A stretch of 64,000 nucleotides of DNA from Callorhinchus milii (lineage: Eukaryota): NCBI RefSeq assembly GCF_018977255.1, contig NW_024704742.1:106332001-106396000 (forward strand), written 5' to 3'. Numbering within the stretch: the first letter of the stretch is position 1; each line of letters begins with the position of its first letter. A program made the position numbers and the translations under genes. Of this stretch, positions 25,242 through 38,728 are shown in pieces. The notes under the pieces are model-generated. The model ran no database searches and was not told where the DNA came from. It saw only the letters and a list, made by a program, of their open reading frames with translations.

Positions 25242-25284
25242 ATCTAAAACATTGGCTTGCTGCACAGCTAGTTTCTATAAAGGT

Positions 25285-25343
25285 TATGGATGACCTCCTG
25301 ACGTGAAAGGCGCTTTACAAATGTAATTCTGTTGTTATTGTTA
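25285..25343 (+). mobile_element. L2-A tail remnant
   Basis: CCTCCTGACGTGAAAGGCGCTTTACAAATGTAATTCTGTTG. Confidence 0.75.
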
Positions 25344-25959
25344 TGGCTTGCTGGGATAACAGGAACTGATTAGTAAGCATCCCAGTCCTAATAACTGTCT
25401 ACTGCAGGTTATTAATTTGTCCTGCCTTTCAATTGTGGCCTATTACTGAAACCAGGGTTGACATGCAGATCACCTTTGTTGGCAGATTTATTGCACATCC
25501 CCTTTACTCCAAATCTGGGAATCTAACCATGGGAGATAATGTTCTGTTTCAACTATTACTTGTTTATAACATCCTGTAGAAATGGCTTGTCCGCTGTATT
25601 AGTAGGTTATTTCCAGTATCGGAAGTGGCTGCAAAAGGAGGGATTGCTTTTTACTTCAATGGACATTTCTAAAACAAAAAGAATTTCCTTGTTTTAAAAT
25701 GAAGAAGTTGCACTGAAACGTTAACCAGAGTCACCCTTGCCGAGGGGGAGGCAAGGGAAGGAAACATAGCTGGAATCCATGGAATCCAGTGATTTATGCA
25801 CAGTCACTTTGCTTACGCCTTAAATAAGCAAAATTAAAGGAATAAATATTCTTTTAATCTGTTGCATTCAGTGCCAACTGAAACTGTGTGTGTGGATGGG
25901 GGAGAAAGGGGAAATGCAACATGCTATAGTACCTTCAGGGCCACTATCACACTTAACTA

Positions 25960-26011
25960 GCGCTCTGTTTACCCTGCGTGAGGGGCAATATATAAATGCA
26001 AGTTGCTGTTG
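25960..26011 (+). mobile_element. L2-B tail remnant
   Basis: GCGCTCTGTTTACCCTGCGTGAGGGGCAATATATAAATGCAAGTTG. Confidence 0.65.
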
Positions 26012-27445
26012 AACAAAACTGCAGGAAAAAGCTGTCAATACTGTATTATAACTGGCTTCTGAGGGAGGGGTGATTCATCCCTGAGGCTAATAATAAATGT
26101 TCACCGCAGTTTGGGTTAATTATCACCAGTTATGTCTCCATTCTAATATTTGATCAATGTGATCGGAAACCACATCACAAAATAAAATAAAAAACGATAC
26201 TTCAGATAGAATAATGAAAGATTCTTTGAGGACTCTTTTCCCCAGAGCCTGAATGTCCTCTGCACGAAATGTTATTCCATGAGATTCTATAGACAGGCTT
26301 TCAATGGCAACTATGGATTTCTCTGAACAAAATAAAGACTGTACGTAAAAAATAATGGTGTTGAATACATGAGGGAGAAAATACTTAACACTGAATATGC
26401 GTGCCCCATGATTCCTGTACAGTTACCCTCGCCTTAAAGAAAAAAAAGTAATTTGTTAGGTTTCACTGACAGCAGCACTGCACAGTTGAACACAAGCAAA
26501 AAACAGGCCATAACCGTAAGTGGCCTTTCATCTCACTCACAAATTTACTCAGGGTTGACAGCTACATTACAGAAATCTGTTACGATTGAAATAGAACCAT
26601 TAAAGAATTACTCTGTGGGACGGATGCAGAATGTTAAAGACTGGCATAATTTTTATAATGTTGGGGTAAAATAGAAGTCGTGTCTTAGTTTTGAATGTGA
26701 ATAATTCTGAAATGATAGCAAAGGTTCAGAGGCTGGATGAACGTTTGTTGCAATGACTGTTAATTGTAACACATTCTTTGCAAATGGCAATTCTTCATCA
26801 GATGAACATGGAGGGCAGTCTGGAAAAACTGTGGAACATGATTCACGTTGTCACAAGTAAGCATGACGAAATATCAGCTATCATGAGTGGAAATATTCCA
26901 ATCCTTCATGATTCCTTGTGAAAGGCTCTTTTTACACCCCATATAACAACACGCTAACTCACAATAAATGTACATGAAACATTACTTTCTAAGCGTTCAA
27001 ACGGTGTCTTGTAAAAACATATCCCTGTGAGCATAACATTATAATTTGTGAGATAAATAAATAATGCAGGATCATGAAATGCCAGTTATATTCCAAGATG
27101 TGAAACTAATGGTCATCTTGTGATTGAAATCAAAATGTTTTTGGTTATCCAGAAAATCATTTGTCATTACTTGTTTTGACAAAAATCAACCCCTCCTCAA
27201 AACTGATATCAAGTTTATGTCTTTTTTTATGATATAGTGAAGGAAACAACAACATTAGCAGAATTACAGTATTATGTTACTGATATTTCATGCAAGATTG
27301 TAAAATATACCAAAAATAATCTCTGCAAAATGTCACCACTCAATGTGGCATAAATTAGTTTTATTCTGAGTTTGTATAGCTGGAAGCAATGTAACATTGC
27401 TTCCTGCAGTAGAGGGATTTGGAGCAGGAAAGCTAATTTATATTT

Positions 27446-27537
27446 TTGATGAAGGGTCATGTCCGAAACATCAACCTATCTTTCTCTTTCAGGTGCTGCT
27501 TGATGTGCTGTAGGTTTCCAGCATTATTTTACGTTTT
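27446..27537 (+). mobile_element. Penelope-like terminal repeat remnant with a decayed hammerhead-like core
   Basis: TTGATGA-AGGGTCATGTCC-GAAAC followed by GGTGCTGCTTGATGTGCTGTAGGTTTCCAGCATT; resembles shark PLE-type termini as recalled, not searched. Confidence 0.5.
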
Positions 27538-28984
27538 CCGCTCCAAATTGCTCAGGGGAAAGGAGGGCTGAGGAGAGGCCTGTGCGAGTGACAACTGAGC
27601 ATATTCACATAGTTCCGCTGCCAATATTTATTTCTTAATGCTGTTAAAGAGTTATTTCCATGACCTGAGGCTCTACATTTGAGCCTGCACCTGTTCTGTC
27701 CTGCCCTGCCCTGTGTGTAAGCCTTATCTTAGCAATTTCAAACTTCCTTGTGTTGATTCTAAAAGTGCTGGACCTTTGGCCATTTCAGAAATCAACACAA
27801 GGAAAATTGTCAAGATTGATGAAAAATTGGGAATATTGATGCAAATTGTAAATATTGAAGCAAATTATAACTACTAAGATATTCTGGAAACATTAGACAA
27901 AAGTTGTGTACATCCCCACTGTGTAACATTGGGACAAAATGCATTGTGGCTGACATCTGGCAGACATCTGGCCACTGGGTCACATGTGGATAAATGTAGG
28001 CAATTTGAAATAGTGAGTAGTTATTTTCCTATATATGTTCCCTATATTGGTTGAAAAACTGTGTTATATTATCATGCACTATATTTCCTAGACCAGGTTA
28101 ATTGTGCTGTGGTGAAATGATAAGACAGGGTTTTCACATGTTAATAAATAAATGAATACACAAATCATGTTTTTATGCCTCCTTTGTCTTGGACAGAATA
28201 AAATACTGGTGCAAAGTATGTTTTGTAGAGGAATCGTAGGAGAGGGGTGGTGGGATAAAAGAAATTTTGAATCAAATATTTGTTTAACTTTTAAATATGT
28301 TTCCATCTGTATAGAATATTCAATTGCTTTGTGGGTGTCCAACACCCTAGGCAGTGTCAGCAACAATCGACCGTGACAGTAACTATAAGAAACACAGCAA
28401 AATTTAATTATTCTCCCAGGCAAAGGATATCAGTGCATGCTCAATCAATGCACAAGGCAAACCTTACCAAAGGGTTACAGATAATTATTCACTGGCAAGC
28501 CTGTGTCCCATTCCCTATAGTCATGCAGGAACCTAATTCACATTGACCTGATCTGAATTATCCTGGCCCGTTCGCCTTTACAGTAGTACAGGTTTTGCAT
28601 TATAAGAGAGGGCTGATTAACAATGTGCTTAAAGCGTTTTGGACTATATGAACATGAATGTGTTTCGCTTGCAAATCTCGCTTCAGTGCAGGTCACCTAT
28701 TTCCGCTGGCAGAAATGGAACAGTGTAAAATAAAATCAGCAGCCCAAAGGATGAATTTCAATTCAGAATCAGATGAATAATGCTGCAAGGCACTTTCTCC
28801 ACGGTGCCCTTTCATTTGAATTCTCTATTCATTTTTGTGCTAATTAAGAAAGGAGGTTCAGAGCTGGAGAATTCATTTTCTTTTCAAGAATGGCACAACA
28901 CAAGGTATATTTAACTCATGCATAGGGTTAGTAGTCTTGCTCTATTTTTATAGCCTTTCACAGTACTTGAATGATAGTTTGTGT

Positions 28985-29213
28985 GTCAGCTAGGCTGAGT
29001 TGATAGCACTCTTGTCTCTGAGTCTGAACGTTGTTGATTTAAGCCCCATGTCGGGTAGGTTGATGCTCCAGTGCAGTGCAGGGGGAGCACTACATTGTCA
29101 GAGATGCCGTCCTTCAGATGAAATGTTAAACCAAGGTCCCATTTGCCTGTTAAGATGGAAATTAAAGATCCCATGGCATGATTCAAAATGAGAAGAGAGT
29201 TCCTCCTGGTGTC
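28985..29213 (+). mobile_element. Deu-type SINE, 5' two-thirds
   Basis: Head GTCAGCTAGGCTGAGTTGATAGCACTC; GCCGTCCTTCAGATGAAATGTTAAACC; AAAGATCCCATGGCA. Confidence 0.85.
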
Positions 29214-29576
29214 ATTTCCTCCTGTTTTATTACCAGAATGTCCTTATCTCTACCACTTTCTCTCCCTGACTGTCTCTCTATCAAAAAGCTGCTTCCTTAA
29301 ACACTGAATTTAAAAGACTGAAATAGGTTTTATAAAGTGAGAATAAAATTGAAGTCATATCATAGCTTTGATTCTGAATCATTTCAAAATTATGACAGAA
29401 ATTAATTTGCTGAATGAGGTTTTGGTCCAATGACTGATCATGGTCATGAAACTGACCATTTTTTTTTATTTTACCAGCCTGGGAGAAGCTGGCTTGCAGC
29501 AAGGGGCCTCGGAGGCTGGGAGCAACAAGGTGAGTGCAAGTAAGTCCTTGTAATGGCAATATCTGAGGTGCTAGAT

Positions 29577-29917
29577 AGCCTGGCTCAGATGGTAACAGTC
29601 TCTCCTCTGAGTTAGACGTTTGTGGGTTTAAGCCCCATATAAGGACCTTGAACTCACAGTCATGTTCCAGTGAGATATAGGTAGGGGAGGGGTGGTGGGG
29701 GTAAGTGCTAATTTTCAGATGAAACATTAAACCGAGGTCCTGTCTGCCTGTTCAGGTGGATATTAAAGATCCCATAACATTTTCCTCGAAGAGAAGGGAG
29801 TTTCTCCTGGTGTGCTGACCAACACTCCCCCAAATAAAATTGGTCATTCGCTTTATGGCTGTTTGTGGGATATTGCTGTGCGCAAGCAAATTGCCTGCTG
29901 TATTCACCCACAAAATA
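29577..29917 (+). mobile_element. Deu-type SINE with a replaced internal segment
   Basis: Head GCCTGGCTCAGATGGTA; Deu-like domain from ~29714. Confidence 0.82.
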
Positions 29918-30430
29918 AAAAAAGGTGCATTTTACAGTACACTCTTAAATAATGTAAATCATCACATTGCTTGTTGTATGCTTTACCGTAGTATGCAAAG
30001 GGGTGTAAAAAAGACATTACAAAAACTTTGATCTGATGGAAACAAAATGGATAATATTGTTACCTTATATTGTTACCTCCAACAATATTTCTAATCTTTG
30101 TTTTCCTTCAGGAAGGTCCTTCCAATTGCCTTTAACTGTGGCAGGACTATCTCTTACATGAAAGAAGTTTTACAAGTGAATGGACTGAAGGGATAAGCAT
30201 GCCAGAGGTCAGTGCTAAATCTAATTAAAAGTTACTGAAACTATGCAGGAATATTTTGAAGAATAAGAATATAAAGGATAAACCAATGGCAATACCAAAC
30301 ATATAATTGAGCCCATGAAAAGATCAGCAATTTATAATATTATTTTGCATACCATTTGCTTGTGACACCCTTACTAAATATATCTGATGCATAGACCATC
30401 CAGCACTTCCATCCTCATTACTTCAGTAAT

Positions 30431-30751
30431 ATAATAATCCTTGCAATAATAATCCTTGCATTTGATATAGCTCTTTTTATGTCTTCTAGACATCTCAAAG
30501 CGCTTCACAGAACATGCTGTAAAGTGAATTGACTGTATATTTGTGGGCAAAGCGCGGCAGCCAATTGCGCACAGCAGTGTCCCACAAACAGCCGTGGATT
30601 GAAAATGACTAATTTATTATTGTTTTGTTTTGGAGGGATTATTATTAGGCCTGTGGAGTAAGGAAACTTGCCTAAGGTTTTGTCCTGCCTGGAATTGGAC
30701 CCAGGTGTCTCGCTTGCAAGGCGAGTGCTCTAACCACTGAGTTACAGGACT
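30431..30751 (-). mobile_element. Young tRNA(Ala)-like SINE with a truncated CORE-like domain
   Basis: Colinear with 4728-5051. Confidence 0.9.
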
Positions 30752-30861
30752 CCACAATATGAATGAATACGTTTCATAAAAAACAACTATAGCATTAGAG
30801 CTCAATACTTTTCCCACTGAAATCAATCGTGTGTTGACTATGTAAATAACACAATTCAATA

Positions 30862-31395
30862 AAATTTATATTTGTATAGTGCCTTTCCTGTCAGGAGCAC
30901 TACGCAAAGCACATTTGCAGTGCCAGATGGGCACTAGAGCTGGGGGTAGGTGTCGGAGAGGATGTGGATGAAATGATGAGTAAAAGCACAGTGAGAGGTA
31001 TGTTTTGAGATGTGCCTTGAAAGAGGGGAGGGTGAGAGTGAGCCAGAGGGACACCAGGATGCAGTTCAGCAAATAGAGGCAGAATGGCTAAAAGACTGTT
31101 CGCCGATGGTGGAACGAATTGGGGAGAGGAGGAAATGGGGTAAGTGGGGGGTGGGGGAAGGGGCACATGAAGCAGGCCATCGCTTGCTGAGTGAAGGGTG
31201 CTGCCAGGTTGGTAAGTTTGAAGGATTTCAGAGTGACAAGGGTGGCTCAAGACTGAAAAGAGTTTCAAAGGTAAGAACAAGGCTCTTGAACTCAATCCAC
31301 AGTGGGTGGAAAGCCAATAGAGCAGAGTGAGGGTGGAACTGATAGACTTGTGGAGCCTAAGACAAGATGCAATATGGCTGCAGAGTTCTGGACAT
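30862..31395 (-). mobile_element. Decayed L2 3' fragment
   Basis: SFKAHLKTYL peptide; GCTGCAGAGTTCTGGA (QNSAA on the minus strand); L2 tail. Confidence 0.75.
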
Positions 31396-33025
31396 TAACA
31401 TACATAATTTTTCAGGGGTCTTTTATGCGTCTATCATCGTTGTTGCACAAGAATTCAGTGAAGCTGAAACAAGGCTGTGAAATCTTTCCATTCCCTGTCC
31501 CCCTTAACTGAGAAAGAAATAACTATCGTCGGAAATTTAGCAACCCAAAAATGGGTTTGCCTCACCAATAGAATGTCTGTCAGCTGCAGCTGGAAGAGGT
31601 AGTAAATCAATAGTGATAAACCTTCTGCAAGATGATCTTGTGGGTCTCACAAGGTAATGTGTTGCTGAACAAATCACCATTAAAAGTGTTGGAAGCACTG
31701 TTTGCCTTCTTTTCTTTCCTGATCACAGTCATTTCCATTGTGACTATGAGCTTCCTTCCTGCACTGATGGGGAAAAACAATGCTTATCTTCAGTCAGTCA
31801 TTTATTTTTGTTCTTGGCATTTCTTGTAACATCAAACTGCTCTTTTTAATGTCTTTTACACATCTCTAAAAAACAGTATCAATGCCAGACAGAGTTTTTG
31901 AAGGAAACTGTGAAAGATTCATACAACAACTGCAAAGATGATTGCTGATATTTTTACATTTCATCAGTTAAATCATCACAAGGACGTTGTCACTTGATTA
32001 CTGCAGAGATTAGCTATCAAACATTGTACCACTACAGTGATCAATAAACATTCTCTCCAGGAGTTGTACACATTTATTTAAAATTACATTATAAGGCACC
32101 AACATGATAAGCCTACATGTTACTCAGCAAACAAAATGTTCTGCAAGGTTGAGATCGATAGAATTTCCTTAGTGCAACAATAAAAAGGGGATTTAAGATT
32201 CAACAATGGCAAATAGTCCTTTATCAATAATTTTCCATGTTCATTAGCTATCGTTTGAGATTTCATACCAGGCCATGACAGGCTGCATTATTTCCGTGCA
32301 TAATTTGCTTTCCTTTATATAGAAGATTGTCAGGTAGACAGGCAAAAAATCTGGCACCGCATCTGCCGAAGGCTCGATCGTGCAAGGAAGAATTCTTGAT
32401 TTCTTTGTTGTCTTGCAAATGTGAAGACTGAGACTCATTACTCATTAGTAGAGAATGACCCTTACAGATGTTCGTCTGTTCAGTGACTCAAGAGAGTTTA
32501 TAAATGCTGTGCCACCTGCCCTCTCCTCACCCCCCCCTCGGCAAGAGTTTCCTATCAATCTCTGAGTGATGCTCCTGCTACCTAATCATTGCTGGTTCAC
32601 GTGGTAATTTCAATCTGTCAGAGTACACTACTCTAACTCATCTTCTTCAAATGCACAATATCCACAGAGGCATTTGAACTGGAGTCTAGAGTGGTATTTG
32701 TTAACAGGCTTCCTTACTAATGAATCCAAGTCAGGCAAATGGGGTCTCCTTCCAGTAATTGAACGTATGTCTTGCAGGATCTCCATTTCAATGCAATTTA
32801 CAGTTTTTGAAGATCGATGGAATTGCGAAAGAATCCTGTTAAAAAAAACACCACAAATTACCACCACAACCAATATAAAACAGGGGTTTATGGAACGAAG
32901 AGCGCTGAAGCTTAGTCTGATGTGACAAAATGGTAAGTCCTTTGATGCAGCAAAGAAAGGAAACTTTCAGCAATGAGTCTGGGTGAGATTCAAATGCAGG
33001 TCTTGGAGATAGTTATGCACTCAAT

Positions 33026-33138
33026 ATAATAATAATCCTTGCATTTGATATAGCGCCTTATCACTTCTTCAAAACGTCTCAAAGCACTTCATAGAATATA
33101 CTGTAAATTGAATTGAATGTACATTTTGTGGGCAAAAC
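33026..33138 (-). mobile_element. SINE 3' tail
   Basis: AATAATCCTTGCATTTGATATAGCGCCTTATCAC. Confidence 0.85.
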
Positions 33139-33486
33139 CACAATTCTTTAGCTGCAAGTGAAACATGAATTGCCTTTGTCAATTAATAGGTTAATAAAAA
33201 ACCTTTAAGCAGAACCAAATAAAAATCCATTCAGTGTTGAATCACAATAAAGGTTCTTCCCATTATCAGCAATTATCAGCTGTTGGGTTCCCCTCGAGGT
33301 ATCTGCAGTACCTCTCCTGCCACTCAGTATGTCTTGCCAGTCAGATTCCACAACTAATGCCTCCAGGTCCTCTGCCTGTCTATGACAGAGTGTTTGTTTC
33401 TAGGTATACCTTGTGTATCCTGGCTATGTTAAAAGACACCATGGATGACAGCAACATGCAGGCTGTCAAGAGAATCAACCAACTGA

Positions 33487-33907
33487 TAATAACAATCCTT
33501 GAATTTGATATATCGCATTTCATGTCGGGAGTAGTTATTGTAAAGTAAAAGTATTTGTTGTAAAGTGTAGTGACTGTATTTTGTAGGTAAATGTGGCAGC
33601 CAAATTGTTTACTGCAATGTCCCCAAAACAGCTATGAAGTCAATGATCAATTTTATTTGTGGGATTGTTATCCAGGACACCAGGAGAAACTTGGATCTTT
33701 AGCATCTTTAATATCCACATGAACAGGTAGATGGGGCCTTGGTTTAACATCTGATTTGACGAACAGCAGCTTTACCAATGTAACCCACCCCCTTCACTGC
33801 ATTGGAGTGTCAATCTAAACTAATCAGTTCAAAGTTCTGACTTGGGGCTTGAACCCACAACCATCTGACAGAGATATGAAGTTCTACCAACTGAGCCAGG
33901 CTGACAC
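33487..33907 (-). mobile_element. Deu-type SINE, near full length
   Basis: Tail, Deu-like domain, and head GGGGCTTGAACCCACAACC...CAACTGAGCCAGGCTGAC. Confidence 0.85.
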
Positions 33908-34551
33908 CTATGGGTTTGACAGAGGATACATAATGGAAATCATTGAAGGCACAAAGGCAACATTAATCCTACAGGACAATGAATTGAGTAGTGATCAATT
34001 ATTAGGTAGTATTCAAATCTGCCCTTATTTTATGCATATCTTCCATATTTCACAGTCTCTTATTTGCCTGCTCTTCACTATTTCTTGCCTATGAGATTAT
34101 CATCTACCATAATAATAGCTCTGTTATTATCTCACATGAATCTTGCATGACTGCCTTCAGCAAAAAAATACTCAGCAGAATATTTATCATATTCATTGTT
34201 CAGAATTTTCAAATAAATATTGGTTGAATTCTTTATTTCCATATATATATCAGTGGACTATCAGTAAATGTTTCAACACTCAACTGTATTTGACATCAAT
34301 TATGAAAGTCAAAACTGATATTTCGAAATTAAATGTTCAGGGATGTCATAGACAAAAATGCCTTATTCCAAAGTGCAATGCTTCTTAAGTTAAAATGCGT
34401 TTCAAAGTACCACTCTTCCAACCTGAATAATGATAGCATCCAAACCTGGGTTTGCTGTCTTGGATACAAACTTGGAAGAGATCATTTTTAATTCTGAACT
34501 GGTTTGGTTACAACCAATCCCTCCCCTCTGAACTTTGGCATAATCAAAAGA

Positions 34552-34732
34552 CCACAAGATTGATTCAGAATGAAGAAGGGCCTTCAGCCCAGGTGATCTA
34601 ATTCTTACATAATATCGACCCTTTCATCCCACATCCCAACATTGTTGCTTTTTAAATTAGTCCATTGTCCTGGCCTCACCTATCCTTCCTGGCATCCTGT
34701 TCCAGTCATTAATTACCCGCTGAGCAAAGAAT
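34552..34732 (-). mobile_element. Old CR1 3' fragment
   Basis: GGCCTTCAGCCC and CCTTCCTGGCATCCTGTTCCAG (WN.LP region on the minus strand); similar to 2140-2350. Confidence 0.5.
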
Positions 34733-36157
34733 TAGTCCAGTAGTCAAAATGACCAATCCTTTCCGTAACCACTACTGGTTGTTACTGTCGACAGAGGTCC
34801 AGCACAGGGCACATGGTGACACAGACAGCTAGCTTCAGGCCAAACCATTGCACCAAAGGAAATCAGCGGCATTCACACCCATACAATCGATAACCAAAGA
34901 GTGCAATTTCCAGTGAAGCATTTTTCACTCTAATAACTGATACAGAGAATGTCAGGTTCCTGTTTCAAGGCTACAAGAGTAGATTTCATGTTTTCTGATC
35001 TATTGGAATGCCACTGTACCTTTCATTATTTTCTCTAAGATGAGTAAAATGAATGAAGTGTTTCCGCCACCCTCTCTCTCTGGAACGTGCTGTCCAGTGA
35101 CTGCTTGAAAACCAATCAGTGGGTAAAAATGTGGTCACGGCTTTGGCTGAGCAGCTATTTTGCTTTATCACAAAATAAGGTTATAAATTTTTCCACTGGG
35201 TCATTTGCAAATCCAGTACTGCTGGGTTTATTAAGTAGGCTTCCCTGAATATCTAATGAGTTCTCCTAAAAACTAACCTTGCACTTAGAAATTGATCCTG
35301 AATAACTGAATTAGTTAGTAAGCACAGGTCTGCTGCTGAGTTTCTACCCACACACTGTCCAAACCAGACAGATAGGTCACATTTCTTCATAAACCAATTT
35401 CACTGTTCCCCAGAGCAGCGGCTTCAACACAGATCATTTCACCGATCAATAAAAAGTTTAGAAAAAAAATTATTGGATTGACATTTGAACATATTTACAT
35501 AATTGTTATTGTGTCAACTGAGCTAAATAAGCATGCTTGCAGTGTCAAAGGGCAGCCTGCGGCTGAGAGTTTGTGGGGAGGACATAACGATTCTGAATGT
35601 GCTTATTTTCGATCCTATTGGTATGCGCAGCCTGATATCCATACATGGTGCAGCTTAGAGCGATGAGTCTGCAGCTTGTCCATGCGTGCATATCCCAGAT
35701 ACCAGGCGAATGAATAATAATGACAATTCAAATACATGATTGCACTTACGATTACAGCAACTAAATCAGATCAAATTTTGATTCCCGTGTATGCAGGGTA
35801 AAGTGGTTGCGAGATAAGTACTGGTACCTTTGATACAAGCACATGCATTGCTTGGAGAATATTAAAACACTGGTAGAAAACATCAATGAGCAGGTTTACA
35901 GTTTATAGGCATAGATTGAGATTCTCCTTGCCATGTTCAGTCACCTTCACAATTAACGCATACAAATTTTGCCCACATACGCAGAGGTTGGGCCGAGCAA
36001 AGTTTGCTTTCTTACAAGAAAGGTTATCAGTTCAGTCATGTATTGGGCCATTTGCAACCACTCATGGGTTTATCATTACAAATGCTCTGCCTGATATGCC
36101 TCAAGTGTGACAGTCTGTGCACATTGCTAATGCACGCACAACAGGTATTACACAACT

Positions 36158-36318
36158 AAAGGAAAGGATGGAGGGAGGAATTGTGAGAGGGAGGGTGGAA
36201 AGGAGGATAAGAAACGGAAGGAGAGAAGGTGAGAAGAAGGGAGGAAGAATGAGAGTGATAGGAGGGAGGGAGAGTGAGAAGGAGAAAGGGAGGGAAAGCT
36301 AGAAAGGAGAGAGGAAGA
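36158..36318 (+). repeat. Purine-rich (GA) low-complexity tract
   Basis: Almost pure G/A over about 160 bp. Confidence 0.85.
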
Positions 36319-37877
36319 TTATCAATTAATTTGTTTGCTCAGGGATGATATATTTTCTTCTACTCTCTGTGGACAAACCATGTGCTCAGATAATAGAAGA
36401 AGTGACCCCTTTGTCTTATAGGGTATATTGGGGTTTTAAGTTAATAAAATGCTAAATTTTAGGCTCGCAAATCTGTCCATTGAGCAAGAAAATGAATGGC
36501 AAGGGAACAAAAGAAAAAGTCTAGAGCAATGAGGTCCTTTGATCAACTTGTGTTCTTTAACTTTCAGCACTGACTTCATGTTCCACTATCTGAGGTGGTG
36601 ATCTATACTTTGGAAGAAACCTTTATGCAAATTGATGTGTGCATGTGTGAAAGGGGTAGTGTAACCAGTCCCAGCTGTTCCTTTCTCGCTTTGTAAAGAA
36701 ATACATTGGCATCTTGCAGCAAGCCCAGAAATAGAGCAACAGGGCACTGGAGAAAAATACAAAGAGTGACCGACTGACTGGTGACTGACTGACTGACCAC
36801 GGAGAAATATGAAAAATATTGCTAGAGAGTGCAAGGAGCAACATGGAAATTGTTTCTATAGAAGTGGGACCCAAAAGGTAATATTTGCAAACCAGATTTG
36901 TTGTGCACATTGCTTTGGAAATCCTGCTTTGGAAAGTTATGAAACTTGCCACACGCAAATACCAATTTACCAAAAGTCCGTGAAAAGGGCAGGCGGGAAA
37001 CTGGGCAGATAGATTGATATTATTGAGCAGCACTGATAAACTTAGCTTCCCGCTGATTTCCAAGTGTTGAGTGGCAGGATACAATAGAAGAAGCTGATAT
37101 GAATTAACACAGTAGGAAAGGCCTCCAGGAAAGAACACACCTTTAGTGAAATGCAGACAAACATGTTGTTGCCTGGAGGGCTTCAACTCCTGTTTGTCAG
37201 AAAATATGTTGTTCTGAAGTGGGATTGGATCCTGACAGTGATGCTGGAATTGTTCTTTCATTCTTAGGTTCCTACATTTATTTTGACTGCAGATTGTTAA
37301 ATCAGTGCATCACATTTGTAATAGAGGCAAATGTATTTCAGTATATTAGGAGTGCAATGTAATTTAAACCTGTATGAAACAAGGGGGCAAAATATATGTG
37401 ATTCCTTCGAGGGATTCCTGTTTAGCTGGCATGATACTTTTTCACAACCCTGGAGCCAGTGTTTGACTGCTGATTCACAAGTTAAAGTTTATTCAGCTAA
37501 GCTGGTATTCAATGAAGCTGCACCAAAAAAATCCCAATGGAAATCGGAAATATCAGTGGCTGGCACTAAAATCTTCAAGTCATCTGGGGAAGATGGCATA
37601 TGCCTGCTCTAAAACAAATCTAACAGAATCAGGTGTCTCTTCATACAAGAGGATGTGATTTCATACCAGAGGGAAGCTCACCTTCAACCAGACTTTAATA
37701 AGTATAGATTTAAAGAATGTGCTGTTTCATCAGAGATGATTATCAAATCCATCAATAACACATCGTTATATAAATGTAATTTTGTTGTGGTTGTTGCATT
37801 TTTCACCAGTTTATGTGGATGGTTGGAAAAAGTGCACAATGTACGACAATAAAGTGCATTGTTGCAATATTAAATAG

Positions 37878-38075
37878 TGCCTTGCCTCCTTCAAGGCTGG
37901 TCTCAAGACCCTCCTCTTCAATCATGCCTTCAGTCACCCTCCCATCTCTCTGCCTTCCCTCACCCCTACCCCACCCCTCCCCCATGGTCGGGTCCTGATC
38001 CCTGACTGTCCAGCGCCTTGGGACGTCCTCCCGATGTGAAAAGCGCTCTATAAATGTAGTTCGGTTGTTATTGTC
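37878..38075 (+). mobile_element. L2-A 3' end
   Basis: TCTCAAGACCCTCCTCTTC...GCGCCTTGGGACGTCCTCCCGATGTGAAAAGCGC. Confidence 0.88.
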
Positions 38076-38607
38076 GTGACATGTAGTACCTACATTTTCA
38101 AAAAATAATTAGAAATGAAACTCTATAAATTTGTCATTCATAAACTTGTTGTGAACAGTCTCAAAAGGATAATCCCACAGGAACAAGTAGAACAATGCAA
38201 GAGTATAATCTTGTATATCGAGGAAGAAGCAATGAAACCATAGCCACCTTCAAATCACATCTTCTTGTACGAAAAGGCACTTGATTTTGTTAGATTACTT
38301 TTAGAAAACAAGCTATGGAGCAGGCAAACTGCAGGACATCAGGCAAGGGAGCCCCATCAACACATTTGATTCTCTTTGCTGGTGTTGTAAAGATCATGGG
38401 GGGATACGTGTGCCAATTTTTCTAAAGTCTTTTTCAAATGCAATTCCATAGTTGCTCTCTGAAGCAGATGTTTGGAAGGTTCCCCAGAAGAATCCTGTAA
38501 AAGTTTTTTCACAAAGCAAAGTTTGGAAACTCACTGAGGCAGATAAACTCTACCTATCAAACTGAGAGAGATGCTTTCATGTTGAAATGGGATTCCTTTT
38601 GCTTCGT

Positions 38608-38692
38608 CAACAACAACAATAAAATTACATTTATAGAGCGCCTTTCACGTCGGAAGGAAGTCCCAAGGCGCTGGACAATCAGGGCTCAGGAG
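38608..38692 (-). mobile_element. L2-A tail
   Basis: (CAA)n AAATTACATTTATAGAGCGCCTTTCACGTCGG. Confidence 0.8.
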
Positions 38693-38728
38693 CAGACAAA
38701 CTGCAGGACTGGATTTCATACTGGATTT

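Noticed and set aside
36623..37261. 212-aa minus-strand ORF
   Set aside because: No recognisable domain, overlaps a (GACT)n repeat, and has no splice support; likely a chance ORF.
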